From the IMG/VR virus record IMGVR_UViG_3300032282_002669, positions 1 to 54,827 of that record: DNA of 54,827 bases. One strand, written 5' to 3'. Position numbers and translations under genes: made by a program. The notes beneath the pieces were generated by a model, which saw only the letters and a program-made list of their open reading frames with translations, did no database searches and was not told the DNA's origin. This document shows, in pieces, positions 1-11,142 of the stretch. The DNA comes from a virus. Lineage: Duplodnaviria > Caudoviricetes. How positions within the stretch are numbered: the stretch's first letter is position 1; each line of letters starts with the position of its first letter.

Positions 1-1083
1 GCTTACGCAAATAATAGTAGCGGCGCAAACAACTTTATTGACATGGGAATTAACGGTCTGTCATTTAATGATCCAACATATACATCAATGAAACCTTATG
101 ATGGTTATCTGTTTACTTATGGTCCATCAGCAAGTGATTATCGTGGTAACTTAGTAATTGGTACTGCATCAGCTAATTCTTATGTTAAGTTTATTGCAGG
201 TGGCACACTAGAAGAAAATATTGTTGGTCGATATAACCGTTCACTTTATGAGTTTTATAAACCAATTACCGTTACTGGTAATATTACTAATACTGGAAAT
301 GTATATACAAACAATGTTCATTTTGGTGACGGTTCTGTACAATCTACATCACTTACTACAAGACTTAATGCAGCTTTCTTGAAGGCTAACAATGCATTAG
401 CAAACACGGGTAATGCAATTTTTGGTTATCACTTAACTGTTCCTGATACATTAACTGCAAATTTAGTTATTGTTACTGGTTTGCAAGAGTTTTCTGGTAA
501 CGCATTAATCAGAACTGCAACCGGCACAGGAAATTTTAAAAATATTACACTATTGACTGGTGATGAAATTAGTACAGGTGATAGTGGTTCAATTAATATT
601 ACTACTGGTTCTGGTGGTTCTGTTAGTGGTTCTAGTGGAAACATCATTTTAGGTATTGGTAAAGGCAACACAGGCAATGGCCTAATATATTTAATTGGAT
701 CTTCACAAATTGGTACTAGTGAGACCACAACTTACCTAAGTGGTAATGTTAGGGTTAACCAAGGATTTATTTACACACCAAGAGTTTTGCCTAGTTCTCA
801 AACAGCTATTACAATTAATTTTGCAAACGATTCTGTTGTTCGTGCTCAAACTTCTACAGGATTAACAGTAACACTATCCAATTTATTGGCAGGTAAAGAA
901 GTTGTTGCATGGATTACCAATACTGCTGGTAGCACACAAACATTTACTCACGGTTGTTCTGCAATAAATTCAACAGTTAATGCAACTACATATGGTATTC
1001 CAGGAACCGCAACCATTTTGGTCAGATATATGAGTATTGATGCCACAGCACAAAATACTTTTGTAGCTATTACACACGCTTAA
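1..1083 (+). CDS. Virion fibre/baseplate-associated protein, 5'-truncated
   Basis: Frame is open from base 1 (AYANNSSGANNFIDMGING...), so the ATG at 43 is probably internal. G/T/N/S-rich fibre-like sequence directly upstream of gp8. Confidence 0.6.
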   Translation, partial: AYANNSSGANNFIDMGINGLSFNDPTYTSMKPYDGYLFTYGPSASDYRGNLVIGTASANSYVKFIAGGTLEENIVGRYNRSLYEFYKPITVTGNITNTGNVYTNNVHFGDGSVQSTSLTTRLNAAFLKANNALANTGNAIFGYHLTVPDTLTANLVIVTGLQEFSGNALIRTATGTGNFKNITLLTGDEISTGDSGSINITTGSGGSVSGSSGNIILGIGKGNTGNGLIYLIGSSQIGTSETTTYLSGNVRVNQGFIYTPRVLPSSQTAITINFANDSVVRAQTSTGLTVTLSNLLAGKEVVAWITNTAGSTQTFTHGCSAINSTVNATTYGIPGTATILVRYMSIDATAQNTFVAITHA

Positions 1084-1089
1084 TAAATA
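1082..1089 (+). promoter_or_regulatory. T4-type late promoter variant (AATAAATA)
   Basis: One mismatch to the T4 late consensus TATAAATA; ends 6 nt before the gp8 ATG. Confidence 0.55.
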
Positions 1090-1095
1090 GATATT

Positions 1096-2463
1096 ATGGC
1101 AAATAAAACACTACTAACAACAAACGCAAAACTGTCCTCGGTTGAACAGCTTTATTATTCACCTGTAACTGTTGTGCCTCCATATTACGATATATCGCTA
1201 TCTTCAATATATTGTTTTCTTTCTAAAGTGGATCCTTGGGCTGATGAAGATAATCCTCCAATGCCACAACAAAATCAACGATATTTAAAACAAATTTTTA
1301 AAAATATGTTTGTTGCCAAAAAAGTAACTTCAAATGATATTTCACCGGTCATACCTAGAATTGATTGGGAAACAAATATAATTTTTGATTTTTTTGATGA
1401 TACTGTTGATATGTCGGAAGTAGATTCTAACGGATTTAATGTCTATAGATTTTATGTAAAAAACAAATACGACCAAATTTTTAAATGTTTATGGAACAAT
1501 AATGGTGGACCTTCAACAGCAGAACCATATTTTGAGCCTGGAACATATGGCACAAATAATATTTTTAGGGGTTCTGATGGTTACAAATGGAAATATATGT
1601 ATACCATTGATGATGGACTTAAAGTTAAATTTTTAGATAGTAACTGGATTCCTGTTCCAGTTGGCCTTAATACACCGAATCCACTTAATAGTACGGCCGG
1701 TACAGGAGATATTTCTGTTATCAATATCTTAACTGTTGGTGGAGGTTATGATCCTTCCAATGCGGCTATTTCTGTTGTTGTAACAGGTGATGGCACAGGT
1801 GCTGTAGGTACTGTTGAAGTTTCTGGCGGAACAATTGTTGATGTAATTGTAACTAATCCAGGTGCCAATTATACCTATGCAAATGTAGAAATTCAGTCTG
1901 CAATTGGTTCGGGTGCTACTGCAATTGCACCTGTATCTCCAATTTCTGGTCATGCATATGATCCTATTTCTGAATTAGGATGTACCAGAGCAATGATTTC
2001 AATTGAATTTAATTCTGATGAAAATGGTATAATTCCCACAGACATTGATTATCATCAGTTGGGTTTAATCATTAATCCAACAACAAAACAATTAACTCCT
2101 AATCCAGCAAACGGTCAAATATATAAAACCACCACAGATTTGGTGGTTGCAGCTGGTGTGGGTGTGTATATAAATGATGAAATTGTTTATCAAGGTGAAA
2201 CTCTCGAAACTGCTTATTTTACTGGACGAGTTCTTAGTTTTGATGCAGGAACCAATACAATTAAGCTGATAAATACAGAAGGAACACTAGCTTACAATGA
2301 TTCAGTTCATGGTTCTCAGTCTGGCGCAGTAAGAACTCTATTAACATATAGCGTACCAAATTTTGTTTTAATGTCTGGTTATATGTCACTTATTGAAAAT
2401 AGAACCGGAGTTACAAGAAGTGTTGATGGTATAGAACAATTTAAGATAGTATTAGGTTACTAA
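1096..2463 (+). CDS. gp8: Baseplate wedge subunit (T4 gp8-like)
   Basis: Motifs typical of T4-like gp8: VIPRIDW, FYVKNKYDQIFKCLWNN, DGYKWKYMYTI, DYHQLGLIINP, C-terminal ENRTGVTRSVDGIEQFKIVL. Confidence 0.88.
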   Translation: MANKTLLTTNAKLSSVEQLYYSPVTVVPPYYDISLSSIYCFLSKVDPWADEDNPPMPQQNQRYLKQIFKNMFVAKKVTSNDISPVIPRIDWETNIIFDFFDDTVDMSEVDSNGFNVYRFYVKNKYDQIFKCLWNNNGGPSTAEPYFEPGTYGTNNIFRGSDGYKWKYMYTIDDGLKVKFLDSNWIPVPVGLNTPNPLNSTAGTGDISVINILTVGGGYDPSNAAISVVVTGDGTGAVGTVEVSGGTIVDVIVTNPGANYTYANVEIQSAIGSGATAIAPVSPISGHAYDPISELGCTRAMISIEFNSDENGIIPTDIDYHQLGLIINPTTKQLTPNPANGQIYKTTTDLVVAAGVGVYINDEIVYQGETLETAYFTGRVLSFDAGTNTIKLINTEGTLAYNDSVHGSQSGAVRTLLTYSVPNFVLMSGYMSLIENRTGVTRSVDGIEQFKIVLGY

Positions 2464-2472
2464 AGGAAAAAA

Positions 2473-5400
2473 ATGGCTTTAAATTTCAACGTTGATCCCT
2501 ACTTTGATGATTTCGATGATACGAAGAATTTCCATCGAATTCTTTTTAAACCTGGATACGCAGTTCAAGCTAGAGAACTGACACAATCTCAAACTATCTT
2601 ACAAGACCAAATTTCTAAATTTGGTGCAGGAGTATATACCGATGGTTCAAAAGTTACTGGTGCCAACATATTTGTTGATACCAATATTATTACTTGCAAA
2701 TTAACAGCGGATACAACACCTGAAGATATTTTAAATTATGTTGGTTATTATGCTGTTGGTTCCAATTCTAAATTTGTTGCCAGAGTTATTGAAGTTGATG
2801 ATGTTAATTTGTATATTAAAACCAAATCAATTAATTCAAAAAATAATAAAGCATTTTCTTCTAATGAAACAATTAAATTCTTTCAATCTAAAAACGATGC
2901 ATTAAATTCTATTATGGGATACGATATCTCATCGACATATACAGCAAAATCTATTACAGAAAATAGTTTTTCTCGTTTTGTTTCTGGTACATTTTTATCA
3001 AAAGAATTAAATGTTTCTTCTGCAAGTATTGAAGTTGGTGATAACATTGTTCTTTCTTCAATTAATCTAAATGCTTATGTTACTGCCATTACCGGTGTTA
3101 ACACAATTACCATTAACGTTCCATTGACTTCAGATTTAACGGATGCAACCGTTACAGTCAATAAAAAAGCTTCCGTAAGAGCTTTAGAAGTTGGTATTGA
3201 TGAAGGTGTTTGGTTTACCAATGGATATTTTGTTCATAATAATGCAGTCAGTATTATTCCTGACGAATTAAACGCATTTCCATCTGTGGTAGTTGGTTTT
3301 GAAGTAGATGAAACAATTGTTGACACATACACAGATGCTTCTTTATTGGATCCTGCAATTGGTGCTTCGAATTATCAAGCGCCTGGTGCCGACAGATATA
3401 AAATTTCTTTAACTTTGGTTTACAAACCATATGTAAGCAATCAAGAAGTTACTAATTTAACAACAAACAAATTTATTGAATTGGTTCGTATCAATTCTGG
3501 TATTGTTGAATCTATTAATGATACACCAATTTTTTCAGAAGTACAAAAATCTATTGCTCGTGGTATCTACGACCAATCTGGTGATTTTTTTGTAACACCA
3601 TTTAACTTATCAATTCAAGACTATTTTGATTCTGCAAATGTATTACCAGCTGCTATTTCAGCAGGTAAAGCATATATTAATGGTTATCGTGTAGAAAAGA
3701 TTGCTCCAACTCAATATGAATTAGAAAAAGCAAGAGATACTGAAGGTTTAACCGACCAAAATATTGCAACATATTATGGAAATTATACAACAATTAAGAA
3801 CATTAAAGGTTCTATTGTTAATTTTCAACAAGGTGCTCAAGTAGAATTGCACAATGTTGCTTTTGGTGCAGCTTCAGCTGCTACAAAAATTGGTACCGCA
3901 AGAATTAGAAATTTTGATTACACAAGTGGTTCTGGTTCAAGTTCACAGTATAAGGCTTTTTTGTTTAGTGTTGGTTTAAAAAACAATCCATTTTTAAATG
4001 TTGCATCAATAATTGTTCCTGCTGGAGGATCAAATTACTCATCACCTTCATTTTCAGCAAATACTGTTGCACCCGTAACTTTAACTGATAGTAATTACAA
4101 TTCATTAATTTTTGCATTACCACAAAATAATATTGCAAATGTTACTAATGTAAACTATGAAACAAGAAGATTTTTTAATGCTCCTACTTTTGTAAATGGT
4201 TCATATACCATTAACACAAACGGCAGCAATGAAGATTTTATTGGTGGATCGGGATCCATTTCAGCAGCTGAAAGACAATTAAACTTTGCGGTAGTTACCA
4301 CTTCCGCAAGTGGTAGTTATGCTTCTGGTACTTTCATACCAATGGATCAGGCGAATGTTAGTATCAGTATTTCTAACCCATCAGGATCAGCAGGACAAGC
4401 AACCATCAACATCGGTGGAGGTTTCAATGGGTCTGCTACAATCTATGCTACCATCAGCGTGGTCAACGATAATATCAAGAATAAGGTTATTCAGTATGAT
4501 ACCGCTGTTTTGGTATCAGCAAATACTATTGGTATTCCAATCAGTCTTGGTGTGGCAGATGTCTATAACCTAAAAGGTATTTACCCATTAGGCAATACTG
4601 CAACATATCTTGGTACTTGGTCACAATATAGCACATATAATACTAATGCGGCTGTGATTTATAATAGTAATGTTTATATTTCTACTGCGGCCTCCAATGT
4701 TAATTTAGTTCCGGAAACTGAAACTGGTTACTGGACACAAGTTACAAACTCTACCGATAATTACTATTTCAATAATGGTCAGAAAGATGCGTTTTATGAC
4801 CATGGCACAATTACAAATCTTACGGGTTCAGCTCAAGGAAATGTTGTAGTTGTATTTGACCACTTCACGCACTCTGGTGGTGTAGGATTTTTTACAGTAG
4901 ATTCTTATCCAATTAACTATTCTAATATTCCTTCGTTTACTTCTCCACAATATGGTACAACATATAGTTTAAGAGATGTGATTGACTTTAGGCCACGCCG
5001 TGATGATGGTATAAGTTCTACAACATTTAGTACTTATCAAATACCAGCACCATATTCAAACATCTATGTTGATTATAATTATTATTTGGGTCGTAAAGAT
5101 AAAATTGTTCTTTATCCAACAGGTGTATTCAAAACGCTTCGTGGTGTAAGTTCATATAACAACCCAATTGCACCATCAGATATTCCTGGCGCATTAACTT
5201 TGTTTACACTAGAATTTCCTCCTTACACATTTAGTAGTAAGAGTGTTATTAATACTCCTTCTACTTTGAGAAGATACACAATGCGTGATATTGGTGTGTT
5301 AGACAAAAGAATTAGTAACTTGGAATACTATACATCATTATCATTACTTGAAAAAGAAGTGACTGGTTCAGACGTTACTGATGCAACCAATGAAGCAATT

Positions 5401-8400
5401 TTGTTTAAAAATGGATTTTTGGTTGATAGTTTTAAAGGTCACAGCGTAGGTGATGTGGCAAATCCTGATTACTCAGTTTCAGTTGATTTTACAAACCAAT
5501 TTGCTAGACCATTGTTTACTTCTAATGTTGCTGATTATTATACTGTACCAACTCAAGGTGCATTTAAATTAACATCAGGCAAACAAAATAATTCATTGTA
5601 TTTAAGAAATAATCTTGTAACTTTCTCTTACAATGAAGTTCCTTTAATTTATCAAAATGTTGCAACAGAAATTATTAATGTAAATCCATTTGAAGTTTCA
5701 AACTTTGTGGGTCATGCAGAAATGATTCCTTCAAGTGATATTTGGTATGATACTAAGTCTGTGCCTATTGTTAATGTAGTAACAGTAGAACAATCTGCTT
5801 GGACAAACTTTGTAAACATTACAGGTCATGGAACACAATGGCAAGATTGGAAAATTAATTGGGCTGGAGAATCTACAACTCTCAATAGAGAAGTAACAAA
5901 TTATCGTACAATCACAACTGCTGGTGATCCAAGATTAGGATCATCTGCTCAAACCCGTGAAGTTCCTACAACCGTTAACCAAACAATGTCTTGGAAACAA
6001 GTTCCGGGTGTTAATACAACAACTACTACAAACAAAGTTGTTTCTAATGCAATTATTCCTTACGCAAGAACCAAGCCTGTAGCGTTTAATGTATATGGTA
6101 TGGCACCTAATACCGTGTTGCACACATTCATTAATGGTATTTGCGTTGACCAATATGTTACACCAGACCGCTCAGGCTCTTCTGGTGTTCCTTTCATCAA
6201 TATTGTAAATGGTGGAACAGGATTAACAAACGGAAATAATCTTTCAATTATTACAATTACTGGGGCAAATACAACACCAGCGATTGCAAGAGCTAATGTT
6301 TCTGGTGGTTCTATTGTTAGTGTTCGTATGTTACAAATTGGTAAAGGTTACGATTTAACTAAAGCTAATGTTTCTATCAATACAACATCTTATTCTACTG
6401 CGCCGACATTGGCAATTGGCCAACGATCATATCAAAGTGCTGAGTTGGTAACGGATGTTCATGGTAAAACTTCTGGTGTATTGCAAATTCCTAATGATGA
6501 GTTGGTTCATTTTCCAACAGGCGTATTGACAGTTGAGTTCTCAGATAACTTCTTGAACCCATCCAAATCACAAACTTATGCCAAGACAACATTTACATCA
6601 AAAGGTGTATTAGACCAATCTGGTGATATTGTAACTACAAGACCCGAAGTTGTTACACCTAAGATTTTACCTCCACCTCCTGCACCGAATAAACCTATTC
6701 CACCTGCAGCTGCAACACCTCCTGATCCGGTAGTTCTTCCGGATCCACCTCCCCGTCCAACTCCTGGACCAGGAACTTATGGAGTTGCTATTAGACCAAA
6801 TGTTCAGTTCTATGGTGGTAGTGCGTCAATTTATGCATACATTAATTCTGCGGTTGGAACAGATAAAACATTTACTGTACCTATCGTTAGTACAATTCCT
6901 GGTGTAAGTGATTTCACTACAACAATTACTATTGCTGCAGGTCAAACAGTTGGTCAAACAACATTAAATTTAACTGGAGCATCTGGTGGTACTGGTGGTA
7001 CATTGTCAGGAACTTCTACTACTCAAAATGGTTACACATATACTGGTAGTCAAGCAGCATTTACAATGTATAATCAATCCACAGTTTCTTCTACTGTTGA
7101 ATCTGCAGCGGCATTTGTTGCTGATGCATACAATAACACATCATTAAGTTTTGCTGATGGTAAAGCTCTCATTACAAGTCAAATTGCAACATTGATGACA
7201 AACAATGGAGTTACTGCTGCGAAAGCTGATTTATTAGTAAATATTACTGATGGATTTGGCACAGGAACTTCTGCACCAAACGATGGTTTGTATGGTGCTC
7301 TTTATGCAGCCACAGGAAATATTCCTACTGGCACTCAAATGGCGGCCGCTTATCGATACGCATATGAATTAGCATTATCTGGTGATGTTGATTGGTTGGG
7401 TAATACTATTGCAAGAATCAATACTATTGTTGCACAATATGGACCAGAACAGTTGGGCACAATCTCTGGTAAATTTGCATCCGATCCAAGTAACTCATCA
7501 CAATACTCAACTGCAGCTGGTGCCGTTGGTAACTGCTCACTTGATGGTATTGATCCTTTATCACAAAACTTCTTTGTGAACCCAATTCAATTTCCAAGAG
7601 GAGTATTTGTTTCTTCCGTAAATTTGCATTTTGCTACTAAAGATGAAGTTGCACCAGTAAGTGTTCGTATTAGACCTACAGTTAATGGATATCCTGATGC
7701 TATTAATGATATTCCAGGTTCTGTTGTCTATTTAAATCCTGATGATGTTGTTGTTCCTGATCCGGCATTAGTAACAGAAAGTCTTGGATTACCAACAACA
7801 TTTACATTTAAGAATCCAATTTATTTGAAACCTGGTCAATATACATTAATGGTTGCAACGGATTGTAATAAGTATAATGTTTATGCTTCTAAAGTGGGTG
7901 ATACACAATATGGTACAACAAATATTGTTACTCAAGTTACCTATAGTGGTTCATTGTTTAAATCACAAAATGCATCTACATGGGTGGCTGCACCAAACGA
8001 ACAACTGGCATTCAAATTAAATATTTGTGATTTTGCTGGTGGCCGTGCAAGTTTTGATATTACATCTTTAGCATCTACTCCTTCTATAGAATATGATTTA
8101 TTAAACTTAATGACACAAGATTTGAGTTTTAGTGATTATGATTCTATTAATTACAAGATGTTAACAGTAGACAAAACTACTTTAGTTCAATCTGGTGAAG
8201 TTAATGTGTTTTCTAATGAAGATAATGCTTTTAATACAAGACAGATTCAAACTGCCAATGGAAATATTATTATTCGTGCAACAATGGAAAACGTAGATAA
8301 TTGGACCTCACCAGTAATTGACTTAGAACGTGTTAATACAATTTTAGTCAAGAATGAAATTACTCCTTATGTTGATTATGCATCAAATACTGCACTTGAA

Positions 8401-8817
8401 GTGTTACCTGGATTTGGTAATACTGGAAGTGTCGCTAAATACATAACAAAGAGAGTAACACTTAATAACAACTTTGATTCTTCTGGTTTAACTGTGTTCA
8501 TGGATGTAAATCGTAGACCAGGAACAAAAATTGAAGTTTATTACAAAGTGTTGAATTCTGCTGACCAAAATGATTTTGATAGTCAACCATATGTGCTGAT
8601 GAATCCTAAGTTTACCATTGGTGGTAATTTGGCAACAACAGGTGTAGAAGATTGGACAACAGATACCTATCAAGCATTGAATATTCAATATAACGATGTT
8701 TCAACAGGTTCTTTATACACAGACTTTAAAGTATTTGCAATTAAAGTTGTAATGTATTCTGAAAATCCTGCAATTGTTCCTAAGATTAGAAGTTTTAGAG
8801 CAGTGGCGACAGCATAA
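2473..8817 (+). CDS. Large virion structural protein, VrlC-like / DUF4815 family
   Basis: N-terminal NFNVDPYFDDFD...RILFKPGYAVQARELTQSQTILQ; APGADRYKI; RRYTMRDIGVLDKRISNLEYYTSLSLLE; FKNGFLVDSF; DPLSQNF; C-terminal PKIRSFRAVA. Usual position after gp8 in large T4-like phages. Confidence 0.85.
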   Translation: MALNFNVDPYFDDFDDTKNFHRILFKPGYAVQARELTQSQTILQDQISKFGAGVYTDGSKVTGANIFVDTNIITCKLTADTTPEDILNYVGYYAVGSNSKFVARVIEVDDVNLYIKTKSINSKNNKAFSSNETIKFFQSKNDALNSIMGYDISSTYTAKSITENSFSRFVSGTFLSKELNVSSASIEVGDNIVLSSINLNAYVTAITGVNTITINVPLTSDLTDATVTVNKKASVRALEVGIDEGVWFTNGYFVHNNAVSIIPDELNAFPSVVVGFEVDETIVDTYTDASLLDPAIGASNYQAPGADRYKISLTLVYKPYVSNQEVTNLTTNKFIELVRINSGIVESINDTPIFSEVQKSIARGIYDQSGDFFVTPFNLSIQDYFDSANVLPAAISAGKAYINGYRVEKIAPTQYELEKARDTEGLTDQNIATYYGNYTTIKNIKGSIVNFQQGAQVELHNVAFGAASAATKIGTARIRNFDYTSGSGSSSQYKAFLFSVGLKNNPFLNVASIIVPAGGSNYSSPSFSANTVAPVTLTDSNYNSLIFALPQNNIANVTNVNYETRRFFNAPTFVNGSYTINTNGSNEDFIGGSGSISAAERQLNFAVVTTSASGSYASGTFIPMDQANVSISISNPSGSAGQATINIGGGFNGSATIYATISVVNDNIKNKVIQYDTAVLVSANTIGIPISLGVADVYNLKGIYPLGNTATYLGTWSQYSTYNTNAAVIYNSNVYISTAASNVNLVPETETGYWTQVTNSTDNYYFNNGQKDAFYDHGTITNLTGSAQGNVVVVFDHFTHSGGVGFFTVDSYPINYSNIPSFTSPQYGTTYSLRDVIDFRPRRDDGISSTTFSTYQIPAPYSNIYVDYNYYLGRKDKIVLYPTGVFKTLRGVSSYNNPIAPSDIPGALTLFTLEFPPYTFSSKSVINTPSTLRRYTMRDIGVLDKRISNLEYYTSLSLLEKEVTGSDVTDATNEAILFKNGFLVDSFKGHSVGDVANPDYSVSVDFTNQFARPLFTSNVADYYTVPTQGAFKLTSGKQNNSLYLRNNLVTFSYNEVPLIYQNVATEIINVNPFEVSNFVGHAEMIPSSDIWYDTKSVPIVNVVTVEQSAWTNFVNITGHGTQWQDWKINWAGESTTLNREVTNYRTITTAGDPRLGSSAQTREVPTTVNQTMSWKQVPGVNTTTTTNKVVSNAIIPYARTKPVAFNVYGMAPNTVLHTFINGICVDQYVTPDRSGSSGVPFINIVNGGTGLTNGNNLSIITITGANTTPAIARANVSGGSIVSVRMLQIGKGYDLTKANVSINTTSYSTAPTLAIGQRSYQSAELVTDVHGKTSGVLQIPNDELVHFPTGVLTVEFSDNFLNPSKSQTYAKTTFTSKGVLDQSGDIVTTRPEVVTPKILPPPPAPNKPIPPAAATPPDPVVLPDPPPRPTPGPGTYGVAIRPNVQFYGGSASIYAYINSAVGTDKTFTVPIVSTIPGVSDFTTTITIAAGQTVGQTTLNLTGASGGTGGTLSGTSTTQNGYTYTGSQAAFTMYNQSTVSSTVESAAAFVADAYNNTSLSFADGKALITSQIATLMTNNGVTAAKADLLVNITDGFGTGTSAPNDGLYGALYAATGNIPTGTQMAAAYRYAYELALSGDVDWLGNTIARINTIVAQYGPEQLGTISGKFASDPSNSSQYSTAAGAVGNCSLDGIDPLSQNFFVNPIQFPRGVFVSSVNLHFATKDEVAPVSVRIRPTVNGYPDAINDIPGSVVYLNPDDVVVPDPALVTESLGLPTTFTFKNPIYLKPGQYTLMVATDCNKYNVYASKVGDTQYGTTNIVTQVTYSGSLFKSQNASTWVAAPNEQLAFKLNICDFAGGRASFDITSLASTPSIEYDLLNLMTQDLSFSDYDSINYKMLTVDKTTLVQSGEVNVFSNEDNAFNTRQIQTANGNIIIRATMENVDNWTSPVIDLERVNTILVKNEITPYVDYASNTALEVLPGFGNTGSVAKYITKRVTLNNNFDSSGLTVFMDVNRRPGTKIEVYYKVLNSADQNDFDSQPYVLMNPKFTIGGNLATTGVEDWTTDTYQALNIQYNDVSTGSLYTDFKVFAIKVVMYSENPAIVPKIRSFRAVATA

Positions 8818-8819
8818 TT

Positions 8820-9026
8820 ATGAAATTATACAAAGTTGAAGAGCATGCCGATTTAGTAAAAGATATGGATACTAATGCCGTATTAAATACCAATATGGCA
8901 GCTCTTTTAGAACACAAGAAAAAACAACAAATGAAGAAAGATATTGACTCATTAAAATCCGATGTGGGTGATATGAGAATAATGTTAAATAAAATCTTTT
9001 CATTGTTAGAAAATAATGTTAGATAA
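8820..9026 (+). CDS. Small hypothetical protein with C-terminal coiled coil
   Basis: 68 aa, LVKDMDTNAVLNT motif, tightly coupled to flanking genes. Confidence 0.7.
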   Translation: MKLYKVEEHADLVKDMDTNAVLNTNMAALLEHKKKQQMKKDIDSLKSDVGDMRIMLNKIFSLLENNVR

Positions 9027-9034
9027 GGGTTCAA

Positions 9035-11029
9035 ATGGCTAATACAGTTTCTTTATTAAATTTAAGTAATACTTTTGAAGATTGGGTTGCTGTAACCAAT
9101 AATCTTTCAAAAGAAAACAATGACCTTGCAGCTAACAATTATGTTAAAACTGCTGGCACATTATACTTAAATGAACCAGGTCTTGGTTTGCAAGTTGCCA
9201 ATGTGGCAGTTATTGCAGGTCAGTTACAAGTTCAAGGTATTGGTTCTTCTGCTTTTATTCAAAACAATCTCCGTGTTGATGGACAAGTATATTTTCAAAA
9301 TACTACATTAGGTTTAACCAACTCTGGTCCTTCAAATTTTAATGGACTAATTTCTGCAACAAGAACAGGCACGGCGTTATACATTGCGAATAATGCACAA
9401 ATTAATGGTTATGCAAATGTAAATAATATTAATGCAAATACCATTACATCATCTGTTATAACAGTAACAACATTAAACAATTCATATGTAAATGCTTCTT
9501 TTTTACATGCAAATGCAGCTTATAGTAAAGCAAACTCCGCTAATGTTTTGGCTCAGGCCGCTTTTGACCATGCTAACGGATCTTATGTTCACGCAAATGC
9601 TGCTTTTGATTTAGCTAATACAAAGTATGCTGCTGGTGGTGGTCAAATTGATGGTACTGTATCAATTACTGGTGGTTTAACTGTTGGTGGTAATTTCACC
9701 ATTAATGGTGTAACAATTACCGATTCAAATACATTTACACTCAGAGCAAACACAGGTACTAATGATGGACAATCATCATTTTTGAGAATCAATAGAGGTT
9801 CTCCTGGTAATCCTGGCGCAAATGCTGAAATTCGTTGGAATGATGCAAATTCTTATTGGGATTTGAGAGATGTTAATAATCCAACAGTATACAACCAGAT
9901 TATTACAACAAAATATGTTTCAAACTCTGTATTGTCAACAAATACATTTAATGTTGCAACATCAGCTTCTGTAAATACAGTTCTTAGATATGCTGAATCA
10001 AACTATAATGCAACCAATGCTGCATTTAGACATGCAAATGCTTCATATGATTATGCAAATACTGTAAATAATTTTTCACACACAACATTTGCATATGCAA
10101 ATACTGTAAACAATGTTACAATGACTTATATTGCATCTGTTGAAAATTATGCAAATACTGGTTATCGTCATGCAAATGCATCATTTAATCACGCAAACGC
10201 AGCTTATGTTACTGCCAATTCAGCACAAGCAAACACTATAATTACACAAGGTGTTGATGCATGGCAGAATACTAGAATTACTGCTGTAGATACCTATGCA
10301 ACATCAGGTTATACACAAGCAAATGCGGCTAATCAATATGCCAATACCGCATATGCTCAAGCAAATGCAACAAATACAATTACATTTTCTGCATATGCTC
10401 ATGCCAATGCAGCCTACACTCATGCTAATGCTTCTTTTGCAGCTGCTAACAATGTATTCCCACAAGTTCAACCTGCTTTTGCACAAGCAAACGCTGGTAC
10501 ATTACTTGCACAAGCAGCCTTTAATAGTGCCAATCTTGCTATTGGTACTAATGCAACACAAAATACAAGACTATCTGCTGTGGAAACATATTCTACCGCT
10601 GGTTATGGTCAAGCAAACGTAGCCACAATTTTAGCACAAGCCGCATTTAATTCTGCAAATAATTCTGCAGCTGCACTTTCCAATGTTCAATTAAGAGCAT
10701 ACAAAGAATATGTAAACACTGCTACCGTTTCAACATCAACATATGCTATTAATTTGGCAGATTCAAACATCTTTAGATTAACTTTAGGTACTTCCACCAC
10801 ATTATCATTTACTGGTGCGCCAGCTTCAGGAAACTTATTTTCAATTACTTTAATATTGACACAAGATGCTACAGGAGGTAGAACTGTAACATTACCAACT
10901 GCTAAATATTCAGATGGTATTGCACCCGCATTATCTGTTGGTGCTAATGCTACCGATATCTTGACGTATTTTACATATGATGGTGGTTCAACATATTTTG
11001 GTGCGTATGCAATGGCTAACGCATTTTAA
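9035..11029 (+). CDS. Fibre protein (fibritin/whisker position) with Ala-Asn coiled-coil shaft
   Basis: N-terminal SNTFEDWVAVTN motif; INRGS...AEIRWND fibre domain; many ANAAF/AQAAF repeats; C-terminal LTQDATGGRTVT...DGGSTYFG domain. Confidence 0.65.
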   Translation: MANTVSLLNLSNTFEDWVAVTNNLSKENNDLAANNYVKTAGTLYLNEPGLGLQVANVAVIAGQLQVQGIGSSAFIQNNLRVDGQVYFQNTTLGLTNSGPSNFNGLISATRTGTALYIANNAQINGYANVNNINANTITSSVITVTTLNNSYVNASFLHANAAYSKANSANVLAQAAFDHANGSYVHANAAFDLANTKYAAGGGQIDGTVSITGGLTVGGNFTINGVTITDSNTFTLRANTGTNDGQSSFLRINRGSPGNPGANAEIRWNDANSYWDLRDVNNPTVYNQIITTKYVSNSVLSTNTFNVATSASVNTVLRYAESNYNATNAAFRHANASYDYANTVNNFSHTTFAYANTVNNVTMTYIASVENYANTGYRHANASFNHANAAYVTANSAQANTIITQGVDAWQNTRITAVDTYATSGYTQANAANQYANTAYAQANATNTITFSAYAHANAAYTHANASFAAANNVFPQVQPAFAQANAGTLLAQAAFNSANLAIGTNATQNTRLSAVETYSTAGYGQANVATILAQAAFNSANNSAAALSNVQLRAYKEYVNTATVSTSTYAINLADSNIFRLTLGTSTTLSFTGAPASGNLFSITLILTQDATGGRTVTLPTAKYSDGIAPALSVGANATDILTYFTYDGGSTYFGAYAMANAF

Positions 11030-11142
11030 TGAAAAAGGTTAAGAGTCTAGGAGCCTACAAATTTAATTTTTCGAGTTCCTGGAGTCCAAAAAGCGAAATT
11101 AGTTTTAAGCTGTTTTTAATTAATTAAAGGAGTAATAAAAAA

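Noticed and set aside
9035-11029. Enrichment of N-x-S/T glycosylation sequons in fibre proteins
   Set aside because: Many are present, but Asn, Ser and Thr are so abundant that a rough count looks compatible with chance. A composition-shuffled test is needed.
11029-11127. 32-codon ORF MKKVKSLGAYKFNF... overlapping the 9035 stop
   Set aside because: Short, no SD, no similarity to anything in the window.
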